Below are positions 1 through 13,200 of a stretch of DNA of 64,000 bases, in pieces (positions within the stretch are counted from its first letter, which is position 1; each line of letters begins with the position of its first letter). The stretch is from Tetramitus jugosus. Taxonomy: Eukaryota; Protista; Heterolobosea. Below the pieces are notes generated by a model. That model was not told the origin of the DNA, made no database searches, and worked only from the letters and a program-made list of their open reading frames with translations. The DNA lies in contig OW569394.1 in the NCBI GenBank assembly GCA_937625935.1, positions 248,001-312,000 of the forward strand. Direction: 5' to 3'. Made by a program: the position numbers and the translations under genes.

Positions 1-930
1 TTTTTATGGGGGGTGCGCGACGCGCCAAAAAATCACCAGTGGTTGCTTGAACCGATTACGGATCGAGGACCCAATGTGTTTGCGCTCGTGAATTGCGCCA
101 ATGGAAAATGCTTGGACGGAAATGTGCTCTTGTGTGCGCACGCAGATGAGCAACATCGAGCTCCATTCTTGGCTCCATTTCGTTCACTGGCTCAAGTGTT
201 GCCTAGTCAGTGTTGGGAGCTTACTCCTGTTCCTAGACATCTCATGTCTCGTTCTTCGAGCACTGCTCCCTTCTTGTCCAATGGCATTTACCAAATTACT
301 TCGTGTTCCTTGTCATCCTCTTCAGCAGCCAATGCTTTTGTGGATAATGATGAGAATGAGAATGATGATAGTAGAGAGCAACTAGCACCTCCTCTTCATC
401 CTGTGCAGCACAGCTGTCTCATTCATAGTGATCATGGTACCATGGGATTGGTGGATTGTTGGCAGACTCCTGCTGTTGTTGATGAGCAATCGTCATCATC
501 ATTGGCTTCCTCCTGTCTGTCGTTTTCAACATCGACATCCATCGACTTGAACAACACACTCTGGCGAGTCACTCTCGTGCACAACAATCAGTTCATGATT
601 GAAAAGTACAATGGTTATTCGACCAATAATCGATTGTTTATTTCGCATGAACCAGAGAGTGACAACAAGGTGGCTCTCAAGTGTTCTTCTGGTATCGGTG
701 CGACTGAACGTGGCATGTTTTGGCAATTGTTTCAAAGCGAGCTCGAAACAAGTTCGACCTTTGATCCTAATGCCTTCTTTGTTGTCAATGTGGAGAATGG
801 TCAGTGTTGGGATTCTGATGATTGCAAGATGGGTCTCAATGGATTTCCACTGGCTCCTCCAAGTCTCTCTCTCTTTGACTACAGAAAGCGGAATCCTTCT
901 TGCGTGTGGGTGTTTAGAAAACAGGAGTAG
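1..930 (+). CDS. Ricin-B/beta-trefoil lectin-like protein (5'-partial, frame open from window start)
   Basis: Frame is open from base 1 (FLWGVRDAPKNHQW...). Repeated (Q/x)xW motifs (HQW, QCW, TLW, MFW, CVW) and two 'F.LVN..NG.C.D' segments are typical of ricin-type beta-trefoils. Confidence 0.55.
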   Translation, partial: FLWGVRDAPKNHQWLLEPITDRGPNVFALVNCANGKCLDGNVLLCAHADEQHRAPFLAPFRSLAQVLPSQCWELTPVPRHLMSRSSSTAPFLSNGIYQITSCSLSSSSAANAFVDNDENENDDSREQLAPPLHPVQHSCLIHSDHGTMGLVDCWQTPAVVDEQSSSSLASSCLSFSTSTSIDLNNTLWRVTLVHNNQFMIEKYNGYSTNNRLFISHEPESDNKVALKCSSGIGATERGMFWQLFQSELETSSTFDPNAFFVVNVENGQCWDSDDCKMGLNGFPLAPPSLSLFDYRKRNPSCVWVFRKQE

Positions 931-1258
931 TATAATAGTAGGTGATATACTGCTGCTGCAAAAAGATCATCAGATTTCCGTGTTCGATTGAAGATTTCAA
1001 AAAATCTCGTGAGTGGTCAATGATCGGCACTGCTTTGAGCAAGGTCAGACTGATCTAGTCGGAGTTATCGAGTCACCATCTACAACTTGTACAGCGAAAA
1101 ACACTGTGGTGTCTCAATTTCCAAAATACGCGAGAATTTTAGTTCTTCAAGGGGTAATTGAGAGAACTTACAGAAGAACAACAACAACAACGATTTCTCT
1201 CTTCTATTCATAACATATCTCTTTTAAATTCATTCGTTTTGTGAGCAGAAGAAAACAA

Positions 1259-4200
1259 ATGATGAAGAGAAACAAACGATCGTTGATTGAGAATAGCTCG
1301 CTATTATTCTGTCTCTTGTTTGTACATGTATATCTTTATTGTTGGTGCTTTGGAAATGTATCTGCAAGTAAGTTGAAATGATTATTCATGTACGATTATT
1401 GGTTGTTTATGTAACATAACATATTTTATTGTTGTTTTTGTTGTCTTCTCGTGACGGAAATGATGAGCTTAGATACGTATGATTGTTTTGGTGTGTTAGC
1501 GAACAATGCTTCTGTTTGTTCTTCCCATGGCTTCTGTGTTGCTGAGGATACTTGTATGTGTCATGATAATTATCAATTGCCACATTGTCAAGATAGGAGC
1601 AGTGGTCATGTGTTTGCAGCTGGAGACAACACCAATAATCAATTGGGGGATCCAACGCTGAGTGCGTTAGGTTCTCTGACGATGATTCGAGCGGGAGACT
1701 ACCTTGGTTTGATGAGAGTGGAGGCAGTGTCTGCTGGTGACGGTTTTTCTCTCGCTCTCACAACAAAAGGAGAAGTGTATGCCTGGGGTAAAAACACTAA
1801 TGCTCAGTTAGGACTTGGTTTCAATTCTGTTCGTGTCTCCACTCCTACTCTAGTGAGAGGTGACATTGCAAATAAGAGAATTGTTTCGATTGCTGCGTGT
1901 TTTATTCATGCATTGGCAGCAGATTCTGATGGCAATGTTTATTCATGGGGCTCTAACCAGGCAACTGAGGAAGGAATCCTTATGAGTGGTTGGCTTGGAT
2001 TTGGCCTCGGTTCAAGTCCAAACCTTCTACCTAAAAAGGTCTCTGCTTCCGCAGACTTTACCAATATTGTCAAAGTTACCTGTGGAAGGTATCACTCGGT
2101 TGCACTTAATTCTCTGGGTCTGTTATTTACATGGGGGGCAAGTGTGAGTGGCCAACTGGGTAAAGGGATAAGTCAATTGTCCACTGGAGTTCCGACCCAA
2201 ATTATGCTGAATTATTTAGGCGATTCACTCACCTGGATTGATGTGGCAGCTGGGAATAAGCATAATATCGCTCTAGATTCACAACGACGAACATTCACAT
2301 GGGGAGACAATTCATATTCCCAAACCTGTCATTCGCCGACTACATTAGCCTTTGGAACTCCAACGTTAGTTGTTGCCCCACATATTTTTTCTTTTGTTGA
2401 GGCATCATCAAGATCGACATACGGAATAGCCATTAATGGAGTCGCATACGCTTGTGGATATAATGGGAAAGGAGAGTCAGGAAGATCAGATCCTGCTCAA
2501 ATTACAATCGGACTCGTACAGGTCTCTCCAGAACCTCCACGATTCATCTTATCCGGATTCTCTGCCGAAAATGTTGTTGCGGTGGGAGCAACGACCAATC
2601 AATGGTATGGCTGGGGAAACAATAAGTATGGTCAATTCGGCATCAATTCAACAGGTTCAAATTATTTGGTTGCTCCCGAAATATCACCACCCTATCTCTC
2701 CAGCACCATCATATCAGCAAGTGTTGGAGCTACTCATACATTGTATCTGATAGATTCGATCACATGTTTCTCGATATACTCGGAAGATTCATTAGTGTGT
2801 TCGGGTCATGGCATTTGCACAGTGAGTGATATTTGTTTGTGTGACGCAGGTTTCACTGGATCTGATTGCAGCTTGCCTTTTTGTTTCGGAGTGAGTGCAT
2901 CTGAAGCAATGGTTTGCTCTGGTCATGGACAATGCTTGACTAGTGACACCTGTTTGTGTCATCAAGGTTATTCAGGAGAGAGTTGTGAAATAATGAACAA
3001 AGGTTTCTTGTATGCTTCAGGAAACAATAGCTACGGTCAGCTGTCAGATAATTATGGTTATATGTCCACACTCAGATTGATTCCGATTGTGTCATTGGCA
3101 TTTGCAGGGGTACCAGTGCACGGAGTCGCTTCTGGGTTCGATTACTCTCTGATATTGTTGTCCAACGGAATACTTTATTCAGTTGGAAGAAATGATCGTG
3201 GTCAATTAGGGGATAGAACTTACACCAATAGAAATTATCCTGTGATAACTTTCAGTGGAAATGCTGTCAGTATGTGTGCTGGAGTTTCTCATTCGTTGGT
3301 GATTGATCGTGATGGTCGAGTTTGGGCCTTTGGAGATAATTCATATGGTCAGTTGGCAACAGAAGGGTCAATAAGAGCAACGCCAATTCTAGTAGGAGGT
3401 ATTCTAGAGAACGAACGAGTTGTCTCAGTTTCATGTGGTGCTTTCCACAGCGTTGCATTGCTCAGGAATGGAACGATAGTTACCTGGGGGAGGAATAACC
3501 AAGGTCAGTTGGGAGATGGTACAATAACAGACACATTGTCTCCTCAAACAGTTTACTTGACAGGACTATTGTATAGAAGAAGGGCGTCTGCTATCTCAGC
3601 TGGTGGTGCATTTACAATGGCTATTGGAGATGAGGGTACGCTTTACAGATGGGGAGAAAACACAAATGGTCAGTTGGCCACTGGGACAACAACTCAGATC
3701 AAGACTCCAATTGCATTGACAGGACCTTTCGCATCAAAAACTATCACTGGAATCATTGCAGGTTCTCAGTGTTCATATGTCATTGCGGATGGTGATCTGT
3801 ATTCTTCAGGAGTAAATAGCAACGGTCAACTGGGAATTACGGGCACGCCAGCACTTACGACAGAATACACAATGATAGACATACCACTCGCAAGTAATGC
3901 ATCTTTACGCGCTAGTTTGTGTGATTCAACTGTTTCGTATTCCACTGCTGGTGCTATAGCAAACTCTGTCGCATACGTGTGGGGATACAATAGCGCAGGT
4001 CAATTGGGTATCGGTACAAAAAGCCAATCGAATGAGCCGAAAGAATATAATATCTATTTCCCAGATCGCCGAGTGGTGGACATGTCGCTGGGTTGCACTC
4101 ATTCATTGGTGTTGTACAACATGTCTCAATCATGCTTTGGCATTTTGGCTGATGAACCCCTCGTTTGTTCCCATCATGGAGATTGCACAGGTTTCGATCA

Positions 4201-7200
4201 GTGTTCTTGCTATAATGGATACAGAGGTGTGAAGTGTGAAGTTTTTGAATGCTATGGAGTTGCCCATGACAATTTTTCTTTTGTTTGTTCTGGACGAGGT
4301 GTGTGTATTGGTGTTGATGCTTGTGTTTGCCATGATGGATTCTCTGGTGCAAACTGTGAGAATATTATTCGAGGAATTGGATATGCTCTCGGTCGACATA
4401 ATGTTGGGCAACTGGCCAACGATGATGTGCCATCAACAGGTTTTTCATCGACACCTCTGCTAATTGGTGGTCAATTGTCCAAAAGATTTATTTCAAAGGT
4501 TGACGGGGGAGTTGATTTCTCGATTGCTCTAACGTTGGAGCTAGACCTATTCGCTTGGGGTTCCAACAACAAAGGCCTGTTAGGAGACGGAACCACTATA
4601 AACAAAGATAGACCTCATATTGTGTTGAATAATGTGATTGATTCTTGTGCTAGTGATGGAGCTGTTGTGGCACTAAGCACGAATGGAACCGTGGTAGTTT
4701 TCGGTGTGTCTGACAATCTACAAGGTTTCAACGTTTCAGGATATGACGGACAAGAAAAACCAAAATCTGTCGCCTGTGGAAAAACTCATTTGTTAATTTT
4801 GACGGACATCGGCACAGTTTATTCATATGATCTCGGAAGCAATGATCAACATGTGCAGAAGGTTTTGGGCTTAGAAAATATTCTCAAAATTGCTGCTGGT
4901 GATAATCATTCACTGGCGTTGGGATCATATGGTCAAGTGTATTCCTGGGGCAAGAACAATCGAGGTCAATTGGCTGACATGACCACTGAAGACAAATACG
5001 CTCCTGTGTTAGTTGTAGACTCGATCAAAAAAGAACTGATTGTGCATGTAGCCGCATCAACTGAGAGTTCTTTTGCGGTGACAAACAAGGGCGAAGTATT
5101 CTCATGGGGAAGCAATCTAAATGGCTTACTGGGTAATTCGTTGGTGTCTATGAATCGGCCATCTCCAGAAAGAGTAAAAAATCTCGAAGGAGTCCATATT
5201 ACATCAGTTGAAGCGAGTTCATCAGGTGCTTGGGTAGCAGCCATCTCCAGAACTGGAGCAGGGTTTGCGTGGGGTCGAAACACCTATTCGCAGCTGGGAG
5301 ATTCCTCCAACAAAGACAAGGTAGAACCAGTACCGATCGCTGCCAATAATCACTACTTTTCTGCTTACTTGGTAGGTGTTGGTGCTGCCAATTCGCACTC
5401 ATTGCTTTTATTCAATGGAACAGTTTGTCATGGAATTTTGTCTGATGATCCGCTCGTGTGCTCTAGTCGAGGAACTTGTGTGCATGAAAATCATTGTATT
5501 TGCAACGAGGGCTATTTCGGAACAGAATGCAACGAAACGACATGTTATGGTGTAAATTCGACCAATCCTATTGTTTGTTCAGGTCGAGGAGCGTGTATTG
5601 CCAAGGATATTTGTTCTTGCACGAATGGTGTATCCAGGGGCAGTAATTGTGAAATGGATGTGTGGGGATATCTCTTTGGAGTTGGTTCGAATATCAACGG
5701 ACAGCTTGGTGATAACACACAGGGCAGCCTTCGATCAATTCTAGGTCCGGTATTGCTGGATAAACGTGTGTCTTTTGTTTCATCGGGTAATGATTTCTCA
5801 TTAGCCATTACTGTAGATGGTCAACTGTATACTTGGGGTTTGAATGATTATTTCAATCTTGGACTAGGGGACCCCAAAACTGCGAGAAAAATCCCAGAGA
5901 AGTTGATGCCAACTTTATCCTTTGTTTCTGCTTCAGCAGCACAGTATCATGCTTCTGCAGTGACCACAGCAGGTGAGGTGTACACTTGGGGAGCTAACAC
6001 TCTTAATGGAGTCCTAGGTTGCACATACAGACAGTGTGGATTTTGTGATTTTTTATACGTACCATGTCTCGAGGATTCCTGTTGTTCAGATATCAAGTAT
6101 GGGAATACCAAACCGACAATCATCGGTCTATTGGGATTAGGATCATCTGGCTACTATCGAAAAACTCCTCAATTAGTGTCAGGTATCAACGGGAAAGCCA
6201 TATCTGTGGCATGCGGGGTACATCATTGTCTTGTTTTGACGAGCATTGGAGAAGTTTGGGCGTGGGGCGACAATACGTTTGGCCAATTAGGCAATGGTTC
6301 TTATGGAGAGAAGATGTATGCGTATACACCTGTTCGAGTTGCAAATTCATTGGAGAAGGGAGGTACACTCGATTCTGTTCGAATTGTTTCAATTGCTGCG
6401 GGATCTTATCACAGTATGGCCATCAGTTCCAACGGAGAGTTGTTCGTCTGGGGAAGAAACAATTTGGGCCAAATTGGAGATGGTATCGTCAGAGAATTGT
6501 CGAGATACCCAAAGCAAATAGTTGGGATAGTTGCCAAAACAATAACTGCTGGGGAAGCTTCTTCATTTGTCGTATCAGGAGATGGAAAAGTGTTCTCTTG
6601 GGGAAGCAATTCTAACTATCAATTAGGTGTCAATTCTACGATATCCCTATCGTACATACCGATGCGAGTACCATTGTCGTCCATGACAACATCAATAGAT
6701 GCCAGTAAATTTGGGGGAAACTATGTTTTGGTAGGTGATTCCCAAGGAGATGGCTATAGTTGGGGATATGGCGATTACTTTCAGTCACTATCCGGGCTCA
6801 TAAACAAAAGAATTACCCCCGGACCCACAGGAAAATACTATACAATTTCGAACACACAGACATTGTATACTAATCGATCCATTGTAGCTGTTTCCTCAGG
6901 TCCCAGGCACTCACTGCTTCTACTCTATTCGGTGTTTTGTCAGGGTTTGTATTCAGATGATCCATATGCTTGTTCGTCGAGAGGAATTTGCGTCTCAAAC
7001 GATACTTGTATGTGCGACTCTGGATACTATGGTGATGATTGCAGTGAGACGCAATGTCTTGGCGTGTTCTCTACTCATCCTTCTGTTTGCTCAGGTGTTG
7101 GAAGGTGTGTTGCCTATGACGTGTGTTCTTGTTCGATTGGTTATACTGGCGATAACTGTAGTGTCATGGTGTATGGTGATTTGTACTCTATTGGAAGCAA

Positions 7201-10200
7201 CGCTGGAGGTCAATTAGGTGATGATTCCTTGAATGATCACTCAAATATCACTCAAGCATATTCTCTTACCCCTAGGGAACAATTTAAATTCATTGACGCA
7301 GGGGTTGATTTTACAGTTGCACTCACCGGAAAGAGTAAGCTTTTTGTGTGGGGACAGAATTCATTTTATAACTTGGGAACTGGAACTCTTGCGAGCTCTC
7401 TCAGACCAATGAATATTCTTTCGTCTGACAGTATTGTGAGTGTATGTGCTGGGATATCTCATGGTGTTGCTGTCAATTCCGATGGGCAAGTTTTTTCTTG
7501 GGGCTCAAACACTGAAACTGGAACTTTCAATTGCCTCAATGACGCTACAAAGTCTTGCGCGGAAACAAGTTGCACTTGTACTTCTCCTTCATGGGTACCC
7601 CTCATTGCTGGAACCTTGGGATTGAGTGGGTATTATTATAGCAAAAAACCGACTCTACTGACTGCCTTAAGTTCAGAGCACATTGTTTCTGTGAGTTGCG
7701 GTTTACGTCATTCAGCTGCGTTGACAAAGAATGGCAAGTTGTATACCTGGGGGATGGGATCTCAAGGCCAACTTGGGTTGGGTGATTTATCCAAACAGTT
7801 TCTACCAGTGTTGGTTACCACCAAAGCGAATTATGTTCAAGTTGCCTCCGGAAGATACCACATGATTGCGCTCGGAGACAAGGGAGAAGTGTACATGGGG
7901 AGATAACAGCAAAGGTCAGCTGGGATATGGAAGTTCAGTTGCTAGTGGCTCTCCAATTCGAGTATTCACCAGGATTCATCGACTGCCTGTCATTCAAGTT
8001 GCTGCTGGCGATTACTCTTCTTATGCTCTTACCTCAGACGGTAACATTTATTCCTGGGGAGATAACAGTGTTGGTCAATTAGGGACAGGATCAACTTCAT
8101 CGCTCGCCATTCTACCAACTCTCGTGTCAGGATTAAAGGATGTAAAAATTTCATCGATTGGAGCCGGCTCGAACACTGTATTTGCAGTTGCTTCCAATGG
8201 CACGACTTACTCTTGGGGGTTGAATACGAATTACCAAGCCAATGATGGATCAAAGATTTCGAAGAATGTTCCAACATTAGTTGTGAATCCATTTCCCTCG
8301 AGAAAGATTGTTGGGGCATCATCTGGCAATGTTTTCAGTGTGTTTTTGTTAAACGGCACATATTGTTTTGGATATGCAAAGAATGATTCATCAGCGTGCT
8401 CCTCTCACGGTAGTTGCGAGGATACAGATACTTGTGTTTGTGAGGATAGTTACTCTGGGTTGGCATGTGAGATTACAACATGTTATGGATATAATAATAC
8501 CGATTCAAGAGTTTGCTCAGGCAGAGGAACATGCATTGCATTCAATCTTTGTGTGTGCGACATGTATTACATGGGAGATTTATGTGAATCATCCCGTTCT
8601 GGGTATCTCTATACAATTGGCAGTAATTCAGAGGGACAACTAGGTGATGACAGTTACGATGACAGATTATCCCTCAAACAACCAGCAGATCCTTTTTTAA
8701 GTTCAAAACGGATCAAGCATGTTGCTGCAGGATCACAAACATCCTTTGCCCTGACCGAAGATGGAGAGTTATATTCTTGGGGACAAGGACTAAAGTGGAC
8801 ATCTGGTGAAACGAACTTTGGCACTGCAAATGTAGGATTACTCGGAGACGGCACTATTGTACAAAGACGGACACCTCAAAGGATAATGGATTCATTCCCA
8901 AAAATTGTTCACATGTGTGTTAGTACATATCATGTGGCAGTTGTTGCTGAGAATAATCAAGTGTATTCTTGGGGTATTAATACTGTCTCTCAGAAACTAT
9001 CGTGCACTTTTGACACGTCCGTGTATCCAATCGCCACAACAAGTTGTCCTTGTCCTGGTGGATGTGGAGATAAATCAGGAGTGCTCGGTAATTCGTATTA
9101 CCACAGTAATATCCCCATATCTGTGTTTGCACTCCCTGGCAATTATCATGGGGACATCGTTGAGCTAGCATGTGGTACGGCACATACGCTAGCAAGAACA
9201 TCGAACGGATCAGTGTATGGTTGGGGTTACAACGCAAATGGGCAAATAGGAGATCCATCATACTATGGTACAATTGTTGTCTCCCCAACTTTACTCCAAT
9301 TAAATCAGATAGTCCTATCAATCTCAGCAGGTGAAACCTATTCGATGGCTTTGACAAGTCGCGGTAAGATTTATGTTTGGGGAGGAAACTCTCGAGGGCA
9401 GAGAGGAGATGGAACTACGAGAAGCAACAATTACCTTGCAAAGGAAGTTGATGGTGTTTTGAGCAACCAAGTAGTGATAAAGATTGCTGCTGGACGACAA
9501 ACACTCTATGCTATAACAAAAAATGGATATCTGTACGCTTGGGGAGATAACTCTAACGGTCAATTAGGATTAAATATCACTAATTCATTTGTTAGTCGTC
9601 CTTCGCAAGTGGTAATATTGAGAAATGTTTCAAGTCTCGCCACTGGCTTTTGGACTGACTCTGTTCAAGTATCGACCCGAACAGGTGAAAGTTACGCTTG
9701 GGGCAGCAATTATCTATCCCCGGAATTGAATGCCACGATTGTTAGATATCCTCTCGAAGTACCCAAGAGCCAAAAAAGGGTCATTCGTGCACTCTCTTTC
9801 GGATATTCACACTCACTGGTAGTGTTTGATGATGTATACTCTGATGGATGTTTTGGTGTCTCTTCGAATAGTTCCAATGTTTGTTCCGGGAATGGAACAT
9901 GTATAGATGTTGATACATGTTCTTGTCACCAAGGTTTTTCGGGACTTAAATGCGAGTTCACATCATGTTTTGGTTACAATATGACCGATACGAACAATGT
10001 GTGTTCAGGCAGAGGTGAATGTGTAGCTTTGAATATTTGTGAGTGTAACCCTGCTATGTGGTCTGGGGCGATGTGCCAAAATTTTGTTTGTTTCAATCTA
10101 TCGTCAGATAATCCTGATGTATGTTCAAGCAACGGAACTTGTATTGATGTTAATACTTGCGAATGTAGCCACGGTTTTTCAGGGAGTAATTGTGAATTTA

Positions 10201-13200
10201 CCTCATGCTTTGGTTATAACATGACCGATTTTGGAACTGTTTGTTCTGGGAGAGGCGAGTGCATTAGTTTAGATGCATGTACCTGCGATGAGGATGCGTG
10301 GGGATACGAATGCCAGAACCTTTCTTGTTTTGGTGTGCCATCTCAAGACGCTGATGTTTGCTCATCTAGAGGGTCTTGCATTGGACCAGGAGTGTGTAAC
10401 TGCTCTTCGGGTTATACGGGAGAATATTGTCAATTTGTTTTATGCCATGGTACAAGCTCCAATGATTCACAAGTGTGCAGTGGCCATGGTCACTGTGCAT
10501 CTCCTGATGTTTGCGTGTGTGAATCATCTCCTAGTCCAGGATATACTGGCGGAGATTGTAATTATCCAATCTGTTACAGCAGATATATTGATAAACTTGG
10601 ATCTAACGAAAGGGTAATCCCACAACCTCCACCGTTCTCGAATGATCTTATTCTTGCAATAGACAAAGTGTGCTCTGGTCATGGAGAGTGCATCTCACCC
10701 AACAACTGCAGTTGTGCTGAGGGATACACTGACTCTTTCTGCAGTACTCCTGTTTGTTTTGGGGTGAGTGCTACAGATCCAGTATCCTGTAATAATGGAA
10801 GCAATGGAACATGTGTCGCACCAAACAATTGCACTTGTTTGTTAGAATTCGATGCTCATGGAGATTGCACTCTGTTGACATGTTTCGGAAGGAATTCAAG
10901 CAGCAACCCATCATCATGCAACTCACATCTGAAACGAGGTAATTGCATAAATGTTGATGTGTGTGCTTGTGCTGAAGGATACGGTGGACTAGAGTGTGAA
11001 CAAACTGTGTGTAATGGAATTCTTGAGTACAATACAACACATGTGTGTCATGGAAGGGGTGAGTGTCAAGAACCTGATCGTTGTACTTGTCAATCTGGTT
11101 TCAATGGAACGGATTGTCAATTTGTGAGTTGTTTTGGAAAATTAGATATTGATCATTCTGTTTGTTCGGCGAGAGGTTTGTGTCATTCACCTGATCATTG
11201 TGTTTGTGATGCAGGTTATGGAGGAGAGGAATGTCAATACCTGCTTTGTCATGGTCAACTCTCTAATGACAGTTCGAAGGTTTGTTCTGGTCATGGTACA
11301 TGTGTCGCCATTGATGATTGTCAATGTTTCAAAGGATGGACAGGACTCAATTGCTCACAAGAAGTTATTTTGAATCCCGCATTAATAATTACACAAGAGA
11401 AAATTGGTGTTTGTGACAATATCGCACTTGTTGCCGTGTCAAATGAGACAATAGACAAATATTTGTGGTCACTTGTGTCAGGGAGTAATCAGGAGCAAAT
11501 CAATGATTTTCTCAAAGAATGGATGTTTAACTCATCAGTGATAATACCTTTTACGATGTTGAATGATACCGAATTCATTTTCAATCTCACCTTGATGAAA
11601 GATTCGAGAGTTAGTGCTCCTTCATCAATTCTCATCACAAGACAATTATCATCAATGTTTGAATTGTCTATCAAAGGTACTCCTCTTATTCCGGTGCACA
11701 TTGGAAAACCAATCATTATTGAAGGAGATATTAATCCAGTGTCGTGTATGATTGGTCAAAACGTGTCTTTTGTTTGGGAGCAGATTGAGGGTCAACGACT
11801 TTCATTTTCTCAAAATGAAAAGACTGTCATTCTTCCTTCGACGACTTTCATCTCTCTTTCACAACCTGAATTGAAACAAAAATTCTCACTGAGACTCACT
11901 GCGAGATCGGGACTGTTTGAAGAACATTCAAGTGTTACGATCAGACCCATTCCTACACCTCTGACTGCCTTCATCCAAGGAGGTGACAGAAAGGTGTCTG
12001 AGGTGGACGAGATTATTTTGGACGGAAGTCACTCGATTGATCCTGATAATACAAACGAACTATCAAGTTTTTCTTGGTTGATCCACGAAACTGATAAGAA
12101 CTCTACGGTTGAATTGCCAGATAATATCTCAAAGCACACGTCTATACTCATTATCCCTGCAAGAACGCTATCAATCGGAAAGTATCAATTTTCTCTAAAC
12201 TTTACGAAGTCATATAGAACTGATATACATTCAGTGATGATTCAAATCGTGTCAACATCAGTGGCCAACCTCAATGTTGTTCTCTTGACAGAAAATATTT
12301 ATGTTGCCAACAGGGCAAAACCAACAGTCATCAAATCAAGGGTAACCGGATCCAGAGGAAGAGTTCAATATCGATGGTCTGAAACATCAAACAAACTGAA
12401 ATTGATCACAGGCAAAACAATTGGAACATTCGAAGGCGCTCCAAATTTGATTCTCCTTGAAAATATCTTAACACCAGGAATCAACTACAGCTTCCAACTG
12501 AGTGTTAGCGATAGTTGGGGAAGTGAAGGAAAGGCAATTGTTACGCTCTCTGTGAGAGAGGCACCGCAAAAGGGGCAACTCGATGTTGTGAACAATAATA
12601 GTACATGGCTTTACTATCGGTTGACAGCATCTCAGTTTGGATATGAAGGTGAAATATTGAGATATCTGTTCGGTTATTATGACGAAGAAACGCCACAAAA
12701 GATATATGTTCCGCTTCAAGATAGACCCTCTCTTGGTAATACTCTAGACACCGCACTTCCAACAACTAAGAATGGAACATTGTTGGTGACAGTGTTTGTT
12801 TATGATTGGTTGGACGCAATGACGCAAGTGACCGTTCGAGTTAACACCTCGATATTACCTGGATATTCTGATGATGAATTAAAGCTCAAGATGCAATCAT
12901 TCCGAACCGATATTATCCAGGGAGAAAGTAATAATCGTGAATTAGTCAGTACGACAGCTAAAATTATCCTTACAACATTGAATAATCAGAAGAATATGAG
13001 CAAAGAAACATCTGCAATTGCAACAACAGTGAGAGAAGCGCTTATTGTCGCCTTGAACAACGCAACTAATAACATGGATCTGATGACTGAAGAATCGCTG
13101 CTGCAACAATCGACACTTTGTTATTTGTTGACATCAGATTCCTCTCAAACTTCGGACACTACACTTCGCACTGCTGTTTCATTTATTGAAAAATTAATCA

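Noticed and set aside
1451-7906. ORFs 1451-7906 and 7866-15662 as two separate genes
   Set aside because: The break falls inside one RCC1 blade, the second ORF has no ATG or signal peptide, and a 2-nt restoration fuses them.
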